A stretch of 64,000 nucleotides of DNA from Octopus sinensis (GCF_006345805.1 NC_042998.1:35898001-35962000); one strand, 5' to 3'. Numbered from the stretch's first letter, positions 27,374-42,482 are shown. Numbers and translations are program-made. Notes: generated by a model not told the origin, from the sequence alone.

Positions 27374-27625
27374 TGTATGTATATATGTATGTATATATGT
27401 ATGTATATATGTATATATATATGTATGTACGTATGTATATGTATGTACGTATGTATATATATGTACGTACGTATGTATGTGTATGTATGTGTATGTACGT
27501 ACGTATGTATATGTATGTACGTACGTATGTATATGTATGTATGTACGTATGTATATGTACGTACGTATGTATATGTATGTACATATGTATATGTATGTGT
27601 ATATGTATGTATATGTATATGTATG

Positions 27626-27662
<37 letters not shown>

Positions 27663-27683
27663 GTATGTATGTATGTGTATGTA

Positions 27684-29562
27684 TCTCTTATTATAAAAGG
27701 CAGATTTTATCTGCCTCCCTTTGTCTCTTATAGAAATCTACAATATAGGATTTCTTCAATTACAATTTACCTAGCATTTTTAAGAGTAGAATGCATCGGG
27801 TCGTGCCAGGTCCAGTTTTTAAAATTTCAACCCCAATTAAGCAAAATTTAGAGGAAACTCACATTGTGGTGTGTAAGTCAAGTGCTTTTCTTAGTGTGGG
27901 CTACAGCACACACACACAAACGGAGCGAACTGCTTCACTGATGCTATCACCCTAATTTCTCCTCCTTTCTCTTTGCAAGTGTGCAATGATTAAAATGAAA
28001 GTATTTATATAAAACGAGAGAAGTGTACCTTAAACCACTACTCAAAAAAAAAAACAACACAGCAAACAGAAACAAATAAATACATAACGATTTACTAAAA
28101 CACAATTTCTTCAATTAGAGTTTACCTATGATTTTTCGAAGTACTTCCATTCGGTCATGGCATACAAAATTTCTTTCAATTTCACCCCCATTTCAGAAAA
28201 AATTCGAGAAAACTAAATATTTTACCATTTCACTCTGCATATTACTCCCACTTCCTCTTTACACACATAGACACGCAAATATATAAATAAAATTGTAAGC
28301 TAACGCGCGCGTGTGTGTGTGTGAGTGTGTGTGTGTGCGTCTGTGTGTGTGTGAGGGTGCGTGACAGGGATGAGCAAGTCAAACTGGTCATCCTTTTTGC
28401 CAGATCACCTAACATCTAAAGTTATCTCTAAGTAGCAGTCGCCAAAAGTGTTATAGACACACACATGTATGTATAATTGTGTGTATATATTCCATAGAGG
28501 TAACCATTCACTCCATACAAAGTTATTTAGGACGAATTGGACGAATATAAGATCTAAAGTATATCCAAGTAGCAGAATGATCGCCCAAAAGTGTATATAG
28601 ATATTTAAATGTATTTATATATTCATCTATACACACATGTATGTATAATGTGTGTGTATATATTTCCATAGAGGTAACCATTCACTCCGCACAAAGTTTT
28701 TTAGGACGGACGAAAATCTTTATAATAAAAGAAAGGTTGTGTGTCTGTCTACTCCGATTTAGATTCCTAACTACTCCCACATTTTGCGATGCAGTTTAAC
28801 CAAAACCGAGTATCTTATAGTCGTGATTCATATCGAGCCCTTCTGGGTATTAGCGCGCGTCTACGATGAGTCTACGATTTTACAAATAATGTACCATCAT
28901 TTTCTCCCATTTTAATGCATATTTTTTTGAATAAAGGGAAGTAACTCTCAAACTTCACACCAATATGCGTGCTCATATGAGACGTAATATCACATCAGCA
29001 GGATTTCCTCACACCCTCCTTGCACTTGGCGAAGGCAAAATACCAGGGGATGAAAATGGTAATATTGCCATCGATTCCATTTGTACCATTGTTAAGACGC
29101 CTTCTGATCTCGGAGATGCAGTGTTCCAAGATCTACAAGCTAATTATCAGAATATGGATTGGATTGGCAAAAAGGCTATACTGGCCCCGAGGAATAAAAC
29201 TGTTCACCATATTAATGATGAAATGCTAAAACTCATTCCTGGTGAAGTCTATGTATATCAGTCTATCAATACAACTCCTGACCCACAGGACGTCATCAAC
29301 TATCCAATAGAGGTACTCAATTCCTTTGAGCACCCCGGACTAACACCACACATTCTCAAACTTAAAGTTGGTGCCCCTATAATGCTCATCAGAAATTTGG
29401 TTCCCCCAAAACAATGCAATGGCACACGTTTGATCGTTAAGTCCTTATCTCCCAGCGTAAACTATTAACAATATTTGCCTGAATAATCATCATAATTCAG
29501 TGCAATCATTAACAGTACTTTCAAGCAATTCAGCCCCGAGCAACGCCGGGCAATTCTGCTAG
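27684..29562 (+). mobile_element. Composite Helitron H2 (internal second 5' end near 28717)
   Basis: Same 5' segment as 25355 (tctcttattataaaaggcagatt), same hairpin, CTAG|T 3' end. Confidence 0.85.
28965..29468 (+). pseudogene. PIF1-like helicase fragment of a Helitron RepHel
   Basis: AILAPRNKTVHHIN...YPIEVLNSFEHPGLTPHILKLKVGAPIMLIRNLVPPKQCNGTRLIVK, typical Helitron helicase C-terminal motifs, truncated at both ends. Confidence 0.9.
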
Positions 29563-29613
29563 TGTATATATATATGTATATGTATGTATATGTATATATA
29601 TATATGTATGTAT

Positions 29614-29654
<41 letters not shown>

Positions 29655-29670
29655 TGTATATATATGTATG

Positions 29671-29727
<57 letters not shown>

Positions 29728-30098
29728 GTATATATATGTATGTATGTATGTATATGTATGTATGTATATGTATATATATGTATGTATGTATGTATATATG
29801 TGTATATATATGTATATGTATGTATATGTATATATGTATGTGTATGTATATATATATATATGTATATGTGTGTATGTATATATATGTATGTGTATGTATA
29901 TGTATATGTATGTTTATATATATATGTATGTTTATATATATATGTATGTATATATATGTATATGTATATGTATGTATATATATGTATATGTATGTATGTA
30001 TATATATATATATGTATATGTATGTATATATATGTATATGTATGTATATATATATATATATGTATATGTAAGTATATGTATGTATATATATGTATATG

Positions 30099-30130
<32 letters not shown>

Positions 30131-30177
30131 TGTATGTATGTATATATATATGTATGTATATATATATTATGTATATG

Positions 30178-30209
<32 letters not shown>

Positions 30210-30570
30210 TGTATGTATGTATATATATATGTATGTATGTATATATGTATGTATGTATATATGTATGTTGTATATATGTATGTATGTATATATATATGTA
30301 TGTATGTATATGTATGTATATATATATATGTATATATATATGTACTCTTTTACTCTTTTACTCTTTTACTTGTTTCAGTCATTTTGACTGCGGCCATGCT
30401 GGAGCACCGCCTTTAGTCGAGCAAATCGACCCAAGACTTATTCTTTGTAAGCCCAGTACTTATTATATCGGTCTCTTTTGCCGAACCGCTAAGTGACGGG
30501 GACGTAAAACACACACAGCAGCGGTTGTCAAGCAATGCTAGGGGACAAACACAGACACACAAACACACAC

Positions 30571-30612
<42 letters not shown>

Positions 30613-31310
30613 GACAGGCTTCTTTCAGTTTCCGTCTACCAAATCCACTCACAAGGCATTGGTCGGCCCGGGACTATAGCAGAAGACACTTGCCCAAGAT
30701 GCCACGCAGTGGGATTGAACCCAGAACCATGTGGTTGGTTAGCAAGCTACTTACCACACAGCCACTCCTGCGCCTATACATACGTATGTATGTATATATA
30801 TGCATGTATGTATATATATATATGTATATGTATGTATGTATATATATAATGTATATATATATGTATATGTATGTATGTATATGTATGTATGTATATATAT
30901 ATGTATATGTATGTATGTATATGTATGTATGTATATATATATGTATATGTATGTATGTATGTATGTATATATATATATATATGTATGTATGTATATATAG
31001 ATATGTATATGTATGTATGTATATATGTATATGTATGTATATATATATGTATATGTATGTATATATATGTATGTATGTATATATGTATATGTATGTATGT
31101 ATATATATGTATATGTATATATGTATAATGTATATGCATGTATGTATGTATATATATTATATATGTATATGTATGTATGTATATATATATATATGTATAT
31201 GTATGTATATATATATATATGTCTATGTATGTGTATATATATATGTGTATGTATGTATATAAATATGTATATGTATATATGTATATGTATGTATGTATAT
31301 GTGTATATAT

Positions 31311-31779
31311 AACTTAGAATAACTTAGAAAGGTTTTGGCCAGTATTGGCCCAGGCCATGTCTAACTTAATAGCACCACCTGGTGAAGTCTTTCAGTTCAG
31401 GATTTGGGCACCAAGGCCCATTCGAGCAGAGAGTTATTGTTTGCGGAGACATATCTGGGTGTGGGTGGTTTGTCCGGTACTGTTTGAAGAAATTTGTCCA
31501 AAGACTTCTTGAATTTTGTGTGGTCAGTTTCTTTTTGACGTGCCCTGGTGTAATGTTGAAGAGAGCAGGTCCAAATGAGGTGAAATAGTTGTGCCGTATT
31601 GTCGTTATGTGATGCGATTTAGATTTTTGTTGTGGACGGATGGCACGTGGTCCAAGCCTTGGATGCATTTTGAAGGTGATGCCAACATCATTCGGACAGT
31701 GCTGGTGGAATATTTTCCACATCATACAGATAATGTAGCGTTCACGCTACAATTTCAGCTTCTCTAGTCTACCCCAGTA
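31311..31779 (-). mobile_element. CR1-clade LINE 3' fragment, copy A
   Basis: [29 protein letters not shown]; 3' end (TTCTAAGTTA)2; TA-rich tracts on both sides. Confidence 0.9.
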
Positions 31780-32007
31780 TGTATATATGTATATATATGT
31801 ATGTATATATATATATATGTATGTATGTATATATATATATATGTATGTATGTATATATATATGTATGTATGTATATATATATATGTATGTATGTATATAT
31901 ATATGTATTTATGTATATATATATATGTATGTATGTATGTATATATATATGTATGTATGTATGTATATATATATATATGTATGTATGTATATATATATGT
32001 ATGTATG

Positions 32008-32040
<33 letters not shown>

Positions 32041-32215
32041 GTATATATATATATATGTATGTATATATATATATATATGTATGTATGTATATATATATAT
32101 ATATGTATGTATGTATATATATATATATGTATATATGTATGTATGTATGTATGTATATATATATATATGTATGTATGTATGTATATATATATATGTATAT
32201 ATGTATGTATGTATG

Positions 32216-32246
<31 letters not shown>

Positions 32247-33100
32247 GTATGTATGTATATATGTATATATGTATGTATGTATATATGTATGTATATATAT
32301 ATGTATGTATATATATATGTATGTATATATGTATGTATGTATATATGTATGTATATATATATGTATGTATGTATATATGTATGTATGTATATAGTATGTA
32401 TGTATATATATGTATGTATGTATATATATATGTATGTAATGTGTATATATGTATGTATATATATATGTATGTATGTATATATATGTATGTATGTATGTAT
32501 ATATATATGTATGTATGTATATATATATGTATGTATGTATGTATGTATATATATATATAGTATGTATGTATGTATGTATATATATATATATGTATGTATG
32601 TATGTATGTATATATATATGTATGTATGTATGTATATATATATGTATGTATGTATGTATATATATATGTATGTATGTATGTATATATATATATATGTATG
32701 TATGTATGTATGTATATATATATGTATGTATGTATATATATGTATGTATGTATATATATGTATGTATGTATGTATATATATATGTATGTATGTATATATA
32801 TATATGTATATATATATATGTATATATGTAGATGTATGTATGTATGTTGTATATATATAAATCCTTAAAAATGTTTAGCCGAAGGCTAAATATATATGTA
32901 TGTATGTATATATATATGTATATATATATGTATATATAATGTATATATATATATGTATATGATGATGTATATATATATATATGTATGTATATAATATGTA
33001 TATATATATATGTATATGATGATGTATATATATATATATGTATATATATATGTATATATAATTAATATGTATATATATTATATATGTATATATATATATG

Positions 33101-33153
<53 letters not shown>

Positions 33154-33328
33154 GTATATATATATATACATGTATATATATATGTATGTATATATATATG
33201 TGTATGTATATATATATGTATATATGTATGTATATATATATGTGTGTATATATATATGTATATGTATTATATAATGTATATATATATATATATGTATATA
33301 TATGTATGTATGTATATATGTATGTATG

Positions 33329-33375
<47 letters not shown>

Positions 33376-33498
33376 GTATATATATATGTATGTATATATA
33401 TAGTATGTATATATATGTATGTATATATATATATGTATGTATATATTGTATATATATATGTATATATATATATGTATATATATACATGTATATATGTG

Positions 33499-33530
<32 letters not shown>

Positions 33531-34235
33531 TATGTATATGTATATATATCTATGTATGTATATGTATATATGTATATTGTATATATATCTATGTATGTAT
33601 ATGTTATATATATATATGTGTATATGTATATATATGTATATATATATGTATGTATGTATGTATATATATGTATGTATATGTATGTATGTATGTATATATG
33701 TATATATATGTATGTATGTATATGTATGTATATGTATGTATGTTATGTATGTATGTATGTATGTATGTATGTATGTATTATATGATGTATGTATATGTAT
33801 ATGTATGTATATGTATGTATATGTATATATATGTATATTATAATGTATGTATATGTATGTATATGTATATATATATGTATGTATATGTATATATATATAT
33901 GTATGTATATATATATGTATGTATATATATATGTATGTATATGTATATATCTATGTAAGTATATATGTATGTATATGTATATATATATGCATGTATATAT
34001 ATATGTATGTATATGTATATATCTATGTAAGTATATATCTATGTATGTATATATCTATGTATGTATCTATGTATGTATATATGTACATATCTATGTATAT
34101 ATCTATGTATGCATGTATATATATATATATGCATGTATATATGCATGTATATATATATGTATGTATATATATATGCATGTATATATATATGCATGTATAT
34201 ATATATATGCATGTATGTATGTATATATATGCATG

Positions 34236-34280
<45 letters not shown>

Positions 34281-34522
34281 GTATGCATATATGTATGTAT
34301 GTATGTATATAATATATGTATATATGTATATATATATGTATGTATATATATATGTATGTATGTATATATATATGTATGTATGTATATATATATGTATGTA
34401 TATATATATGTATGTATATATATATGTATATATGTATGTATGTATATATATGTATGTATGTATGTATGTATATGTATGTATGTATGTATGTATATGTATG
34501 TATGTATATATATATATGTATG

Positions 34523-34554
<32 letters not shown>

Positions 34555-35614
34555 TGTATGTATGTATGTACCTATGTATGTATGTATGTGTATATATATA
34601 TGTGTGTGTGTGTGTGTGTTCCCCCCCCACATCACTTGACAACTGATGTTAGTGTGTTTACGTCCCTGTAACTTAGTGGTTCCGCAAAAGAGACTGATAG
34701 AAGAGTACTAAGCTAGCAAAGAATAAGTCCTGGAGTAGATTTCTTTGACTAAAGGTGGTGCTCCAGTGTGGCCCAGTCAAATGACTGAAACAATTAAAAG
34801 AATAAAAGAATGCCTGGCAGAGTCACTAGCATGCCCGGCAGAATGCTTTTGCGGAATTTCATTTGTCCTTATATTCTGAGTTCAAATCCTGCTGAGGTTG
34901 ACTTTGCCTTTTTATACTTTTTTTCAAGGGGTTGTCAATAAAATAAGTACCAGTCATGTACTGAGGTTGACGCAATTGACTTACCCCCTCCCCGATTGCT
35001 GGCCTTGTGCCAATATTTGAAATCCATATTGTACTAGAATCAGTTCTATATCCTCTTACAAATTACAAATAAGAATGACCAAAATTGCTACCAGTAAGAA
35101 TATAATGGTAGGAGAGAGAAAGTGAAGAATTAATTTTCAAGTTCAACTTTTAAAATGCCTATTAATTTTGTTGATTTCACCTCAAATTTATCCTTACTCT
35201 TTATAATCAACCATTTTTTTCTGTTTTTTATCTGTCTCTGATGCCTAAGATATATCTATCCCCCCTCTTGGCACAGTCTCTCCTTACCTTCCTCTTTCTG
35301 CCACTCTCAACAGCTTCTACCACTTTGTCCCCCTCCCCCCAACAACTACAATTCTCCTAGAATTTTACTGATGCTCTATTGGATCCATTTATTCCATATC
35401 CATGACAAAAGACACAAAGTTTTTCTCTTTCGGTGAATTCGATGCCATCGTGCAGAGCATCGTATATTACAGTCATCGACAGCAGATTATTGGTTAACTT
35501 GCAATATTCTGCCTCAAGATGCCATTCTATGCCCCATCGCAACACGTATTTATATAAGGAATTAAATTATTTTCTATTTCATTTATTAAATTGATATCAT
35601 TTATCAAATCAATG

Positions 35615-36040
35615 TGGCAAATTTGACAGATATTTGTCCTCATTTGTTTGTTGTTAACACAACATTTCAGCTGATATACCCTCCAGCCTTCATCAGGTGT
35701 CTTGGGGAAATTTCGAACCTGGTTTCTCATTCCTAATGTATTTTTTATTGCTATTATTATTATTAAGGTCACTGCCTGGAATCGAACATGGAATCTGGGG
35801 TTAGTAGCCCGTGCTCTTAACCACTACGCCATATTCCTGTGGGCATATGGCGTAGTGGTTAATAACATCGAAAAATACCTTAGGAATGAGAACCCAGGTT
35901 CGAAATCTCCTCAAGACACCTGATGAAGGCTGGAGGGTTTATCAGCTGAAATGTGTTAACAACAAACAAGATGAGGACAAATATCCGTCAAATGTAAATA
36001 ATGGACATAATTCCTCATCTCTTAAATATAGAACTGTATT
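35615..36040. mobile_element. Head-to-head pair of family C hammerhead SINE-like elements
   Basis: Minus copy has A-box TGGCGTAGTGG (35821-35831) and B-box GTTCGATTC (35779-35787). Plus copy starts with the same A-box at 35848-35858. Confidence 0.8.
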
Positions 36041-37081
36041 AAGTTAGCTAAATTATTTTGTTTTTCAAAACAATTTAAAAGCAATTTGGAGAACTGTTCT
36101 CATCTCCTTACACCTTCCCTTTTTAAAAAAAAGTTTTTCTTTCGCTATTCTCTAAATCAGGTTCCTGGATTCCCCACTACTCAAATTTATACCTTTTTTT
36201 TTTTTTGTTTTTTGTTTAAAGTTTACAACTTTTCTCTTTGAAGAATGTTTCCACAATTTGTTGTAGCTTGTGTGTTTAATTTATTTATATCGAGCTTGGT
36301 GTATATAAAATTTTTATCTCCGAACGAATCAAAAAACCCCCATAAAGAGCACTCTTTCTCGTGTCTGTGTGTCTTTGTACTGAATAAAACCAAATACAAA
36401 TTACAATGTCTTGTAACATTTTTTTTTTTTCATTTCCCAGGTTTTTTTTCCCTCTCTATAATTAACATGGAAAACGTAGATCAGTTTTCCTTTTGAAGAA
36501 ATCAACAAGTCCTTCATGTGCCTTCCATCTCGTATTAGTTTACATTTATTTTTCTTATTAATGAAGTCAAACAGGCAAAGATAAAAAGGGATAAATTCAT
36601 TTGATTTCTTCCTTTTTTTGTTTTTTTCCTTTTGCCCACCATTGAGTTCTGTAAGATTTTCTAATATATTTTGCTGTTCAAATATCAAAAGCTAGAATGG
36701 CAAAGTGAATCATGCAATGTTCTGCGTCTGCTGAGAGTCGACTTCTGCAAATGGCATTTCTTTCATAGTCTATTGCTATCTTCAGTTTTTCTGCTCTCAC
36801 CCTCTCTTCATCTACCCACCTACTTGTCTATCTGTCTGTCTGTCTGTCTATATATATCTATAAAACTGTTAGTAGATATTAAACCTTGATCTTAGCCATA
36901 AGACTGAGAAATATATGTGTGTATGTGTGTGTGTGTGTTTGAGTGTGTGTGTGTGATATCTATGTATATGTGTGTATATGTATGTGTGCATGTATATATG
37001 TGATATGTGTGTATGTTTGTGTATGTTTGCATGTATATATGTATGTGTATATATGTGTGTATATATATGTGTGTGTGTGTA

Positions 37082-37158
<77 letters not shown>

Positions 37159-37259
37159 GTATGTCTATCTAGGTGTGTGTGGTGTGTGTATATATATAAA
37201 TACATGTATATATATGTATGTGTATCTAGGTGTGTGTGTGTATGTATATATATATATAT

Positions 37260-37920
37260 ATGAGACCTCTGGAAGTGTGCTGTGCGCGAGAAGACCCGGC
37301 AGGACAAGTGAGTCCACAACCCGTGGCCTTCTACATGGGATGGAGCCAGCCTACGTATGCATACCTTCCCTTCTTGGACACAAAACTCTACTTGTGAAGA
37401 CGTGTTGAGGCAAGTGAGGATCAGAATCGAAATCGATCAATGGAAATTGCGGATGTGCTACCAGTGCCGGTGGCATGTCGAAACTCTGCTTGTGAAGACC
37501 CATTGAGGCAAGTGAGGATCAGAATCGAAATCGATCAATGGAAATCGATCAATGGAAATTGCAGATGTGTTACCAGTGCCGGTGGCATGTAAGAGAACTT
37601 TCCGTTCGCGACCGTTGCCAGCACCGCCCCGTTTCGTGTCCGTTGCCAGCCTCGCCTGGCCCTCGTGCCGGTGGCACATAAAAAGCACCATCCGTTCGTG
37701 GCCGTTTGCCAGCTCTGTCTGGCACCAGTGCGGGTGGCACGTAAAAAGCACCCACTACACTCACGGAGTGGTTGGCGTTAGGAAGGGCATCCAGCCGTAG
37801 AAACACTGCCAGATTTGACTGGGCCTGATGAAGCCTTCTGGCTTCACAGACCCCAGTAGAACCGTCCAACCCATGCTAGCATGGAAAACAGACGCTAAAT
37901 GATGATGATGATGATGATGA
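37260..37920 (+). mobile_element. RTE LINE 3' end with an internal duplication of about 100 bp
   Basis: DLWKCAVREKTRQDK* then 3' UTR and (GAT)n tail; a related minus-strand copy lies at about 39690-40245. Confidence 0.75.
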
Positions 37921-40244
37921 TATATATAGATTTAATCGTTACAAGTTAAAAAGCACATAAGAAATTTTTGCAATGTTACTAAACTTGCTGAGAATCAGTG
38001 AAGTTGATTTCAAACAAGTTTAACCAGTTTTTTTTTTTTCCTCCAGTTCTAACAATGGAGACATTTTTAAACTCAAACTATTTGTTCTGCTCCTTGTCTT
38101 TCCTCTCTGCGTTGCTTTACACAGTTTAAATTTTCTTTGAAAAAAAAAGCAAGTTTTTCAGATTCTTCAAAACTCTAAGATTAAACGGTGGTTTATCTTT
38201 TATCTTTCACTTGTTTCAGTCATTAGATTGTGGCCATGCTGGGGCATTGCCTTGCACCTTTTAGTTGAATAAAACCACCCCAGTTTTTACATTTAGTTAT
38301 TCTGTCTCTATTGCCAAGCTGCTAAGTTATAGGGACGTAAACACACCAACAGAGGTTGTCAAGTGGTGATGGGGGACATACACAGATGCAAAGAAACGTA
38401 CATATTCTTTTACTTGTTTCAGTCATTTGACTGTGGCCATGCTGGAGCAACAACACCTTTTAGTTGAACAAATCAATCCCAGGACTTATTCTTTGTAAGC
38501 CTAGTATTTATTGTATCGGTCTCTTTTGCCAAACTGCTAGGTTACAGGGATGTAAACACACCAACATTGGTTGTCAAGAGATGGTGTAGGGGGACAAACA
38601 CATACACACATATATATATATATACACACGATGGGCTTCTTCCAGTTTCCGTCTACCAAATTCACTCACAAGGCTTTGGTTGGCCCGAGGATAAAGTAGT
38701 AGACACTGGCTCAAGGTGCCACGCTGTGGGACTGAACCCAGAACCGTGTGGTTGGGGTGCAAGCTTCTTACCACACAGCCTCACCTGTGCCTATATAGCA
38801 GGTAGAAATAAATTAAGAATATTTTATTACCTTGTATGCAAACAACTTGAAAAGCTAAAAATAACATCAAAAGAGGAAGCACCACTGAACAAAACACACA
38901 TGTACGCATGTATAAAATTGTTGATCCAAATACTTGTCTGCATATACACAAGGTTATACATACATGAGTATTTGAGGGTATTAATCATACCTTAATGTTT
39001 ATCCTTTCAACCCGGAATGTTTTCTCAAGTCGGTAATGGCGGGACTGGGGTTTGTAATTGTGAGCCTTTAGAGCTGTTATTTACAGTGTCATACAGTCTC
39101 CATGTTCTGAGTTCAAATTCCACTGGGGTCGACTTTGCCTTTCATCCTTTCGAGGTCGATTAATTAAATATCAATTGCATACTGGGATTGATCTAATCGA
39201 CTGCCCCCCACCCCCGCTTCCCCGAAATTTCGGGCCTTGTGCCGAGAGTGGAAAACATTATAATGTCATACACTGTTTCTCACATTCTGATTTCAAATGC
39301 TGTTGGGGGTCGACTTTGCCTTTCATCCTTTCGATGGGTCAGTAAAATAAATAGCAGTTGAACACAGGGGGGGGGGGTTGATGTAATCGACTGTCCTCCT
39401 CCCCACCAAATTTCAGGCCTTGTGCTTATAGCGGAGAGGATTATAATGTCATACACGTCTGGTTCTACATACCAGAAAAACCAGAGTGCTAACTATACTG
39501 CATAACATAAAATGGGGATTTCAAAGCTTTGGGTTGTAAAATTTTGGACTGGTACCAATATATAGTTCTATATTTAAGAGATGAGGAATTATGTACATTA
39601 TTTACATTTGACAGATATTTGTCCCACAGGCATATGGTGTAGTGGTTAAGATTCTGAGTTCAATTCCAGGCAGTGACATCGTCATCATCATCGTTTAACA
39701 TCTGTTTTCCATGCTAGCATGGGTTGGACGGTTCGACCGGGGACTGGGAAGCCAGGAGGCTGTACCAGGCTCCAGTCTGATCATGCAGTGTTTCTACAGC
39801 TAGATGCCCTTCCTAACGCCAACCACTCCATGAGTGTAGTGGGTGCTTTTTACATGCCACCAGCACAGGTGCCAGGGGAGGCTGGCAACACCCACGATCG
39901 GTTGGTGCCTTTTATGTGCCACTGGCACGGAAGCCAGTCAAGGCAGCGCTGGCATCGGCTATGTTCGGATGGTGCTTTTTGTGTGCCATCAGCACAGTTT
40001 TCACGATTACAATTTCCATCTGAATTTTATTTGATGTTGATGTACTTGACTCAATAAGTCTCCTCAAGAACAGCAGGTCACCCTACAATCCAAGGTAAGC
40101 ACAGCAGGCCGTCCTGCGATCCAAGGTACTTTGGATAGTTTGGGGCTGCTATGTGAAGCTGGTGCAGGAAACAGCTGTGAACTCACGTTATTTGTTGGGT
40201 CTTTGCAGTCACAGCATATCTCCAGAGGTCTCAGTCTTTTGACA

Positions 40245-40277
<33 letters not shown>

Positions 40278-42450
40278 TTGAAAAATACCTTGGGAATGAG
40301 AACCTAGGTTCAAAATTCCCTCAAGACACCTACTGAAGGCTGGAGGGTATATCAGCCAAAACGTTGTGTTAACAACAAACAAGATGAGGACAAATATCCG
40401 TCAAATGTAAATAATGGTACAAATATGTCTCAGCCAGGCCGAAAGGGTTAAGAGAAAATTCTTTTAGGTCTGTCACTGTCCCATGTCTTTAGAACCGACA
40501 ACTGTATTTACTTTTTCGCTTAAAACTCATTTTGCTCTCACATTATTAAGGTGGTTCAACTACATTCTGTTCAGTCGTCAGGAGTTCAAATTCCATTTGT
40601 GGATTCTGTGGTTTGAGGTGAACGCTTTGTAATGATTTGGTAAACTTAGCCACATTTGGGAGGCTACAAAAGGAGAGTATTAACTTAGCTGTGGGGTAAG
40701 AAGTTTGCTTCCCAACCACATGGTTCCGGGTTCAGTCTCTCCTTACCTTCCTCTTTCTGCCACTCTCAACAGCTTCTACCTCTTTCTCCCCCCCACCAAC
40801 AACTACAATTCTCCTAGAATTTTACTGATTCTCTATAGGATCCATTTATTCCTTGAAATACTGCTAAGCATTTAGTCTGGCGTGCTAATGTTTCTGCCAG
40901 CTCACCGCCTTAGAAAGAAAATATATTCTTTTCTACTACTCTAGGCACAAGGTTCGAAATTTTTGGGGAGGAGGCCAGTCGATTAGATCAACCCCAGTAC
41001 ACAACTGGTACTTAATTTTTTTTTCTTTACTGCCCACAAGGGGCTAAACACAAAGAGGACAAACAAGGACAGATAAATGGATTAAGTCGATTATATCGAT
41101 CCCAGTGCGTAACTGGTACTTAATTTATCAACACCAAAAGGATGAAGAGCAAAGTCGACCTCCGTGGAATTTGAACTGTGAAATGTAAAGACAGATGAAA
41201 TACTGATAAGCATTTAGTCTGGCGTGCTAATGTTTCTGCCAGCTCACCGCCTTAGAAAGAAAATATATTGTATAAGCAATTCATTGCTCATAAACTTAAC
41301 AACTAAATCTTATATGGACCCTTAAGGGTCATGTAGATCCCAGTGGAGAACCACTATTTTATAAAAGAAACATTTAGCTAGGATTCCATTCTGTGGTTGG
41401 TTGATGTATCACGTCAATTTTCATTTGATGGTGAAACCGAAGAAATATATTCTTTTTTACTCTACTCCAGGCATAAGGCCCGAAATTTTTGGGCAGGGGA
41501 CCAGTCGATCAGATCGACCTCAGTACGCAACTGGTACTTAATTTATTGACCACAAAAAGGATGAAAGGCAAAGTCAACCTTGGTGGAATTTGAACTCAGA
41601 ATGTAAAGACAGATGAAATGCTGCTATGCTTTTTGCCCTGCATGCTAACTTTTCTTCCAGCTCGCCACCTTATCAAAGAAATATATTTATTTCTTTATTG
41701 CCCACAAGGGGCTAAACATAGAGAGGACAAACAAGGACAGACAAAGGGATTAAGTCCATTACATCGACCCCAGTGCTTAACTGGTGCTTATTTTATTGAC
41801 CCTAAAAGGATGAAAGGAAAGTCGACCTCGGTACTTAATTTATCAACACCAAACAGATGAAGGGCAAAGTTGACCTCGGTGGAAATCAAACTCAGAACGC
41901 TAAGGCAGACGAAATACCACTAAGCATTTTGGCCGGTGTGCTAACAATTCTGCCAGCTCGCTGCCTTACTGAAGAAATATATTACGGCCAGACTACACTT
42001 ATATCTTCTCTTTAATGAAATTCAGCTCTATCTCCAGGAATTCAGTACTTCACTTTTCCATTTTGCATTAGAGAGTGTAATGTGGTGCTTGGATAGATTT
42101 CAATACTTAGCTGGCTTAAGTGGCTGTTTTTATTGGTTTTCCCCTAAGTGTTTTACTGTCAAACAGTGTATGGCAACAAAGTGCACCACAGTGCTCTTTG
42201 GTGCTGGGAAAAGTTCCAATATTTCGCCATTTCAAGTGCTGCTTAATTTCTGCCGCCAGATTCACTTTTTATTCTTTTGTTTGGTTTGCTTCTTCCATAG
42301 AAATCTAAATTTCAGTGCCTGCCTACCGTGACATAGTTTTGGTTGTGAGAATATGTCAGAATTATTAAATATATCATTCTTTATAATTTGCAATAATAAG
42401 CGGTGGTGGTGGTGGTGGGGGGCTTGATTTATTGGCTCTGCATTGTTGGA

Positions 42451-42482
<32 letters not shown>

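Noticed and set aside
28965-29468. Host PIF1 gene
   Set aside because: An intronless fragment truncated at both ends and bounded by Helitron termini.
35357-35545. 62-aa minus-strand ORF
   Set aside because: No recognisable domain or convincing splice context.
35770-35840. Functional tRNA gene
   Set aside because: A- and B-boxes are present but I could not form a proper acceptor stem; it is the head of a dispersed repeat.
37820-37860. CTGATGAAGCC hairpin
   Set aside because: A variant within the RTE tail where other copies read ctggtgcagcc; no GAAA follows.
40323-40370. Active hammerhead in this family C copy
   Set aside because: Core mutated (CTACTGA, AAAA); kept only as evidence of the family.
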